Origin: Myxococcota bacterium
GTDB lineage: Bacteria; Myxococcota_A; UBA9160; SZUA-336
Direction of reading: 5' to 3'
DNA length: 64,000 bases
NCBI GenBank assembly: GCA_965247115.1
Contig: CBDFGR010000003.1
Location: 1,376,001-1,440,000 of the forward strand
Position numbers and translations under genes: made by a program. Position 1 is the first letter of the stretch; each line of letters begins with the position of its first letter. A model generated the notes under the pieces. That model was not told the origin of the DNA. It searched no databases and was given only the letters and a program-made list of their open reading frames with translations. Of the stretch, positions 58,428 through 64,000 are shown one piece after another.

Positions 58428-59303
58428 ATGAGCGCACGTCAGGAGTTCCGAGCGGCAATCGAATCCGGGGAGCCGGTCTTCGCACCTCTGTGTCTCACTC
58501 CGTTGACGGCGCGCATCGTCGAGCAGCAGGGCTATCGGGCCGGCTACCTGAGCGGCGGGGCGCTCGGCTACGAGCTCGCGGTATCGGAGGCGCTGCTCAC
58601 CCTGACCGAGCTCGCGACGGCGAGCCGTCAGATCACGCGTCGCTCCGGGCTGCCGCTGATCGTGGACGGCGGCGTCGGCTTCGGAGATGCGGTGCACTGC
58701 GCGCGCACGATCTGGGAGCTGGAGGAGACGGGCGCGGCCGCGATCGAGCTCGAGGACCAGGTCGCGCCCAAGCGTGTGAGCCACCACCGGGGCGTCGAGC
58801 ATCTGATCCCGAGGGACGAGATGGCTGCGAAGATCCGCGTGGCGGCCGATGCGCGCGTCGATCCAGATTTCCTGATCATCGCGCGCACAGGCGCGGTCCG
58901 GAACGAGAGCTTCGATTCCGCGATTGAGCGAGCGAAGGCGTACCGCGACGCCGGAGCGGACATTCTGATGCTCTTCCCGAGCAACGAGGACGGCTGGGAG
59001 CGGGCTCCGAAGCTGCTCGATGCACCGCTTGCGGCCATCACCTCGCTGGATGCGCGCACGCCAACGCAGTGGGCTGAGCTCGGCTGGTCCCTCGTCATCG
59101 ATCCCTTTACCGCCCAGCTGCTGAGCGTCGAGGTCGTGCGCAACGCGTACGCGCGGTTTGCCGCGCTGGGCAACACGGGGACCGAGCTCGGCGGCGAACG
59201 GCTGCGCAAGGCCTACGCCGAGCTCTCGGACCTGGCGGGCCTGGAGGAGCTGTTCCAGATCGAGCGCGAGACGACCGAGCGCGACCGAGAGGAGCGACCG
59301 TGA
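58428..59303 (+). CDS. Isocitrate lyase/PEP mutase family protein
   Basis: YLSGG, IVDGGVGFG, IELEDQVAPKR, IIART, AGAD. Confidence 0.9.
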   Translation: MSARQEFRAAIESGEPVFAPLCLTPLTARIVEQQGYRAGYLSGGALGYELAVSEALLTLTELATASRQITRRSGLPLIVDGGVGFGDAVHCARTIWELEETGAAAIELEDQVAPKRVSHHRGVEHLIPRDEMAAKIRVAADARVDPDFLIIARTGAVRNESFDSAIERAKAYRDAGADILMLFPSNEDGWERAPKLLDAPLAAITSLDARTPTQWAELGWSLVIDPFTAQLLSVEVVRNAYARFAALGNTGTELGGERLRKAYAELSDLAGLEELFQIERETTERDREERP

Positions 59304-60520
59304 GCGGTACCTCAGAGCAGGCGAACGCCGGTCCCCTGACCGGCATTCGCATCGTGGACGTCACGCAGGTGATCTCGGGTCCCGTCGCCACGAAGATCCT
59401 CGGGGATCAGGGCGCGGACGTGATCAAGATCGAGCTTCCGACCGGCGACATGACGCGGGGCATGGGCGGAGGCAAGCGCGGGATGGCGCCCATCTTCGCG
59501 ACCGCCAACCGGAACAAGCGCTCCCTGGGCCTGAAATACCGAGACCCCGCGGGACTGGACGTGCTGAAGCGGATCGTGCGCGGCGCGGACGTGTTCATTC
59601 AGAACTTCCGACCCGGCGCCGCGGACGGTCAGGGGATCGGCGAGAAGGCACTGCGAGCCGTGAACCCGGAGCTCATCTACGTGTCCATCAGCGGCTTCGG
59701 CGAGACCGGGCCCTACGCGCACAAGCGCGTCTACGATCCGGTCATCCAGGCCGTCTCCGGCCTGACCTCGATCCAGGGCGGCGTCCAGGGCAAGCCGCAG
59801 CTGATGCGCCTGATCATCCCGGACAAGGTGACCGCGCTGGCTGCCGCGCAGGCCGTCACGGCCGCGTTGCTGTTGAAGGAGCGGACCGGCAAGGGACAAC
59901 ACGTCCGCCTGTCCATGCTCGACGCCGTGGTGGAGTTCATGTGGCCGGAGGGCATGGCCTACTACACGTACCTCGGAGAGGACGTAGAGGACGCGACGCC
60001 TCCCGAGCGTCGCGATCTCGTGTTCGACACGAAGGACGGGTACATGATCGCCGGCACCGTGGCGCACCGGGAGTGGGTCGCGTTCTGCCAGGCCGTCGAG
60101 AAGCCGGAGTGGCTCGAAGACCCGCGCTTCTCTAGCTCGGCCGGATTGGCGAAGCACGCCGATGCGCGCATAAAGCTGATGGCGAGCGTCCTGGCCACTG
60201 CCACCACGGCGGAGTGGCTCGAGCGGCTCGACGCGGCGCAGGTACCCTGCGCTCCCGTGCTCACCAGGGACCAGCTCTCGCAGCACCCACAGATCATCGA
60301 GAACAAGCTGATCGTCGAGAGCGAAACCCCCCGCACAGGTCGCATGCAGCAGGCTCGGCCCGCGGCGCGCTTCGAGGGCACGCCGTCCGGCCTCCACCGA
60401 CCTGCACCGCTCCTCGGAGAGCACACCGACGAAGTCCTCCGCGAAGCCGGATTCGAGAGCTCGGAGATCGAACGCCTGCGCGCAGACGGCCTCATCGGCT
60501 CGCCGCAGGCTGCCAGCTAG
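59300..60520 (+). CDS. Family III CoA-transferase (CaiB/BaiF)
   Basis: GADVIKIE, NRNKRS, NFRPG, ISGFGETGPY, YDPVIQ, APLLGEHT. Confidence 0.94.
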   Translation: MSGTSEQANAGPLTGIRIVDVTQVISGPVATKILGDQGADVIKIELPTGDMTRGMGGGKRGMAPIFATANRNKRSLGLKYRDPAGLDVLKRIVRGADVFIQNFRPGAADGQGIGEKALRAVNPELIYVSISGFGETGPYAHKRVYDPVIQAVSGLTSIQGGVQGKPQLMRLIIPDKVTALAAAQAVTAALLLKERTGKGQHVRLSMLDAVVEFMWPEGMAYYTYLGEDVEDATPPERRDLVFDTKDGYMIAGTVAHREWVAFCQAVEKPEWLEDPRFSSSAGLAKHADARIKLMASVLATATTAEWLERLDAAQVPCAPVLTRDQLSQHPQIIENKLIVESETPRTGRMQQARPAARFEGTPSGLHRPAPLLGEHTDEVLREAGFESSEIERLRADGLIGSPQAAS

Positions 60521-60580
60521 GAGAAGTGGGCGGGAGATCAGTGCCGCGACTGCGCGGACACGGTCCAGAGAGGAGCGGAC

Positions 60581-61408
60581 ATGGAGACCATCGACACCGG
60601 AACCGACGAGCTGCTCTGCTCCGTCGAGGAACGCGTCGCCACCATCACGCTGAATCGGCCTGAGAAGCGCAACGCTCTGTCCGATCAGCTCACGCCCGCG
60701 TTGCGCGAGATGCTGCTCGTGGTCGAGCGGGATCCCCGCATCGGCTGCGTCGTCATCACCGGCGCCGGGGGCGCCTTCTGCTCCGGAGGAGACGTCTCCG
60801 GGATGGGCGGTAACGCTCCGAGCGGAGACGCGGACCAGCGGCCCTCCCTCGAGTACAGCATCCGCAACCTGCAACACAGACAGGAGACGCTGACGCTGCG
60901 CCTTCACGAGCTCAGCAAGCCCACTGTTGCGGCCCTGCCCGGACCTGCAGCCGGCGCGGGCCTATCCATCGCGCTTGCCTGCGACATCCGCATCGCCGCA
61001 GAGAGCGCCTTTATCACCACGGCCTTCGCCAACATCGGGCTGTCCGGCGACTACGGCGGAAGCTGGTTCCTGACCCAGCTGGTCGGCACTGCAAAGGCGA
61101 AGGAGCTGTACTACACGGCAGACCGTGTGGGCGCGGACGAATGCGTGCGGCTGGGGATCTTCAACCGCGTCGTGCCGGATGCCGAGTTCGGTGCCGAGAC
61201 GCGCGAGCTCGCGCAGCGCATCGCGAACGGACCTCCCATCGCGCTCGGCTTCATGAAGGAGAACCTGAACCGCGCAGTCTGGGCGGACCTGAAGACCTGC
61301 CTGGGCATGGAGGCGGACCGGATGGCTCGCTGTTCTCGCACCGAGGACAGCCGCGAGGCCGTGCGCGCATTCATGGCGAAGAGAAAGCCCGAGTTCAGGG
61401 GGGCGTAA
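60581..61408 (+). CDS. Enoyl-CoA hydratase/isomerase family (PaaG-like)
   Basis: LNRPEKRNA, FCSGGDV, AAGAGLSIALACD, GLSGDYGG. Confidence 0.92.
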   Translation: METIDTGTDELLCSVEERVATITLNRPEKRNALSDQLTPALREMLLVVERDPRIGCVVITGAGGAFCSGGDVSGMGGNAPSGDADQRPSLEYSIRNLQHRQETLTLRLHELSKPTVAALPGPAAGAGLSIALACDIRIAAESAFITTAFANIGLSGDYGGSWFLTQLVGTAKAKELYYTADRVGADECVRLGIFNRVVPDAEFGAETRELAQRIANGPPIALGFMKENLNRAVWADLKTCLGMEADRMARCSRTEDSREAVRAFMAKRKPEFRGA

Positions 61409-61417
61409 GGAGCAGCC

Positions 61418-62026
61418 GTGCCTGTCAACGTGGAGTTTCTTTTCGATTTCGGCAGTCCCAACGCCTACCTCTCTCACCTGGTCATCCCCGCGATCGAGGC
61501 GCGCACGGGCGAGAAGTTCGCGTACGTTCCCGTGCTGCTTGGCGGCGTGTTCAAGGCTACGAACAACGTCTCGCCCGCCGTATCGCTGCAGGGCATCAAG
61601 AACAAGGGCGAGTATCAGGGGGTGGAGACGCGGCGCTTCATCGCGAAGCACGGCATTGCGAGCCTCCAGGCGAACCCCCACTTCCCGGTGAACACGCTCC
61701 AGCTCATGCGCGGTGCCATCGTCGCGCAGCGCGAGGGGTTCTTCGCAAAGTACGTGGACGAGGTCTACCGCCACATGTGGAGCGAGCCCAAGAAGATGGA
61801 CGACGCCAAGGTCATTCGGGCGGCGCTCGTCGAATCGGGCCTGCCCGCGGACACCGTGCTCGAGGGTATCCAGGACCCCGCGGTGAAGCAGAAGCTCATC
61901 GAGAACACGGAAGATGCCGTGACCCGAGGAGTCTTCGGATCGCCGAGCTTCTTCGTGGCAGGCGAGCTCTTCTTCGGCAAGGACCGGCTACGCGAGGTCG
62001 AAGAGGAAATCCTGCTGCAGAAGTAG
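61418..62026 (+). CDS. 2-hydroxychromene-2-carboxylate isomerase/DsbA family
   Basis: FDFGSPNAYL, GVFGSPSF, FFGKDRL. Confidence 0.9.
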   Translation: MPVNVEFLFDFGSPNAYLSHLVIPAIEARTGEKFAYVPVLLGGVFKATNNVSPAVSLQGIKNKGEYQGVETRRFIAKHGIASLQANPHFPVNTLQLMRGAIVAQREGFFAKYVDEVYRHMWSEPKKMDDAKVIRAALVESGLPADTVLEGIQDPAVKQKLIENTEDAVTRGVFGSPSFFVAGELFFGKDRLREVEEEILLQK

Positions 62027-62048
62027 CTGCTGGCTTGGTGCTCGAGCG

Positions 62049-62489
62049 CTAGTCCTGCGGGCTCGCGACGACGTAGGTGCGGAGCGCGTCCATGTCCTGC
62101 TCGAGAACGCGGTACGCGTCCAGGCGATACAGGTTCCTGGACCGTCGGCCGGAGCGCAGCGCTCGCCAGACCCGCTGGGGCATGACGAGCAGCCCGACCG
62201 CGAACGCGCCCAGGCGATCGAGCCAGAAGAAGAAATGCGTGTGGCAGCCGCCGCTGCCGAGCTCCCAGCCGGCCAGCTCCAGTTCACCGGTCCAGGTCGT
62301 CTCGTAGCCTGTCACCAGGTGGTGCACGTCGTGCAGGATCAACGACTGCTTGATCTTGCCACCGAGCGGCAGCACGCGGAGGCCACCAATGCGGTACCAG
62401 CGCTCTTCGAGGTAGTCCCGGACACTCGACCCCTCAGGGAAGAGGCCCTGCTCCACGAAGTACTGGGACAGTGCGTCTTGGGCATTCAT
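62049..62489 (-). CDS. Hypothetical Coq4-like protein (HDxxH...E metal motif)
   Basis: LHDVHHLVTGYETTWTGELELAGWE. Confidence 0.7.
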   Translation of the reverse strand: MNAQDALSQYFVEQGLFPEGSSVRDYLEERWYRIGGLRVLPLGGKIKQSLILHDVHHLVTGYETTWTGELELAGWELGSGGCHTHFFFWLDRLGAFAVGLLVMPQRVWRALRSGRRSRNLYRLDAYRVLEQDMDALRTYVVASPQD

Positions 62490-62538
62490 GCCAGCAGTCC
62501 CTTCATGATGCTACCGCAGTCTGTCCGTGGCCGCGCGC

Positions 62539-63375
62539 TCAGCGGTCCCCTTGCCATAGATCGATCGCTTCGCTGAATCCGTCCTCTTCGTGGCTCGCGA
62601 CGGTGCGGTGCCGCGAGCGAAGCTCCGGGGGCGCATTCCCGGTCACGAAGGCGCTGCCGGCCCACGCGAGCAGATCCTCGTCGTTGAAGTCGTTGCCCAC
62701 AGCCACCACCTGGCCCAGCCCGACCCCGACACGTCGCCGGACCCACTCCGCCGCGTGCGCCTTTCCAACTCCCGGAGGAAAGATCTCGAGCCAGCGCGAG
62801 GCGTGGTCCAGCGGTGACGTGGCGCGGATCACTTCGAGCTCGGACAGCCTGCGCTCCAGCTCGTCTTGCCGGGACGGCGTGCCAGCGGGCTCGATGGCCA
62901 GGAGCTGCGAGGCCCGGAGGTCCTCCGGCGGTGGCTCTGGCCACGCTCGCGCGTACTCCGCATAGTGCTGGTAGCGTCGCTCGAAGTCGGGATTCCCCTG
63001 ACCGGCCCGCCAGTAGAAGAAGCGATGGTTCTCGGGAACCGGGGCGTGCAGCATGAAGTCGAGGCCGAGCTCCATCAGCACGCGCGCCGCCTCGCGCGCT
63101 TGATGCGAGGCCATGTGGTGTACACGTAGCAGCTCGCCGCTCGGCCAGGCCGCGATCGCTGCGCCGGAGGAGAAGATCAAATAGTCGATCGGGAAGTCCT
63201 CGTCGATCACCCGCTGCGCTGAATGAAGGCTGCGACCGGTGGCGAGCACGCGGATGTTTCCTGCGCGACCGAGTTCATCGAGCGTGAGGCGATTCCGCTC
63301 GCCTAGCCGGGAGCGCTCGTCGAGAAGAGTCCCATCCAGATCGGTGACGACCATCCTCGAGACGCCGCTCCTCAT
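62539..63375 (-). CDS. Cof-type HAD hydrolase
   Basis: TDLDGTL, ATGRS, WLEI...GK, GNDFND. Confidence 0.92.
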   Translation of the reverse strand: MRSGVSRMVVTDLDGTLLDERSRLGERNRLTLDELGRAGNIRVLATGRSLHSAQRVIDEDFPIDYLIFSSGAAIAAWPSGELLRVHHMASHQAREAARVLMELGLDFMLHAPVPENHRFFYWRAGQGNPDFERRYQHYAEYARAWPEPPPEDLRASQLLAIEPAGTPSRQDELERRLSELEVIRATSPLDHASRWLEIFPPGVGKAHAAEWVRRRVGVGLGQVVAVGNDFNDEDLLAWAGSAFVTGNAPPELRSRHRTVASHEEDGFSEAIDLWQGDR

Positions 63376-63429
63376 TGCGAGGCCAGGCTAGCACGGGGCT
63401 CACGCGACGCTCGAGCGTCTGCTGCTGCG

Positions 63430-64000
63430 CTAGAGCGCGGCCTCGTCCGCGAGCGCCCTCGTCTCGTCGAGAAGCTGGCGGCCCACCTCGGGTGAGCGGC
63501 GGCCCATGCCGCACGCGCACGCGATGTCGGGCGTGAAGCCGAGGCTCCGCGAGGCCAGACGCAGGCGCTCCAGGTTGGCGGGGTGACCGTCCTCGTAGAC
63601 CGTTCCCACGATCAGGCGTGTGGAGGCCGGCAGCCGCAGCTTCTCGAGCGGCTCGTAGTAGCGAGGATCGGTGCTGTCGACGATGGGGATATGCAGGTAG
63701 TCGAGCGGCCGTTTCTCCGGCCAGACCGAGGCGATGGCATTCGCGAACAGTACGACCGGGCGAGAAGAGGGCGGTGTCACCACGCGCCGGTTCCCGGGAT
63801 TGCCAAGACAGAGATGCACGCCAACGGGAACCTCGGGCGGGACGTCCACGATCAATGACGCGAGCTGTCTGGCAAGGCGCCGCGCCAGGACTCGTGCGGC
63901 TGGAGGAAGGAGCGCGTGCACGCGCGCGATCGCCACCTGCTCGATGGCCGCGTCGAGCTGGACGACCACTGCGCCAGGGTCCAGCTGTACGGCTGCGCCG
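63430..64000 (-). CDS. Cobalamin-independent methionine synthase-like protein, C-terminal part (5' end outside the window)
   Basis: GVHLCLGN (HxC), YLHIP, ACGMGR; frame is open to the window edge. Confidence 0.65.
   Translation of the reverse strand, partial: GAAVQLDPGAVVVQLDAAIEQVAIARVHALLPPAARVLARRLARQLASLIVDVPPEVPVGVHLCLGNPGNRRVVTPPSSRPVVLFANAIASVWPEKRPLDYLHIPIVDSTDPRYYEPLEKLRLPASTRLIVGTVYEDGHPANLERLRLASRSLGFTPDIACACGMGRRSPEVGRQLLDETRALADEAAL

Noticed and set aside
1..64000. tRNA or rRNA genes
   Set aside because: No cloverleaf or rRNA signature was recognised by eye; a tRNAscan or Infernal run would be needed to exclude them fully

Overview
This is a GC-rich bacterial window of mostly catabolic and housekeeping genes; a Myxococcota-like heterotroph is my inference from gene content. 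It opens with a MerR-led menaquinone operon (menF-menD-menH-menC) in which menB survives only as a 33-codon stub. It continues through two Baeyer-Villiger monooxygenases, amidohydrolases, SDRs, transporters, gldA, rsgA, an intact IS5-family element with a CTAG duplication, a divergent gene pair with sigma28-like promoters, a PAS histidine kinase, prs and two LLM oxidoreductases. The later part holds a chaperone-usher pilus operon, a Cys-rich secreted serine protease, typA, a Tat-exported molybdoenzyme with a cytochrome b, and CoA-metabolism genes. The most interesting signals are: (1) two paralogous Zn-finger HNH genes, each bracketed at both ends by 18-20 bp palindromes with a CCCCCGGGGG core, with a local codon skew in adjacent typA, suggesting an uncharacterised HNH/palindrome mobile-element family; (2) a c-di-GMP-I riboswitch whose P1 stem contains the Shine-Dalgarno of the first pilin gene; (3) a DUF411-like gene with an in-frame TGA at a conserved Cys, a candidate selenoprotein; (4) gene stubs and single-base frameshifts. 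All calls come from reading the sequence and recognising motifs; no searches were run.
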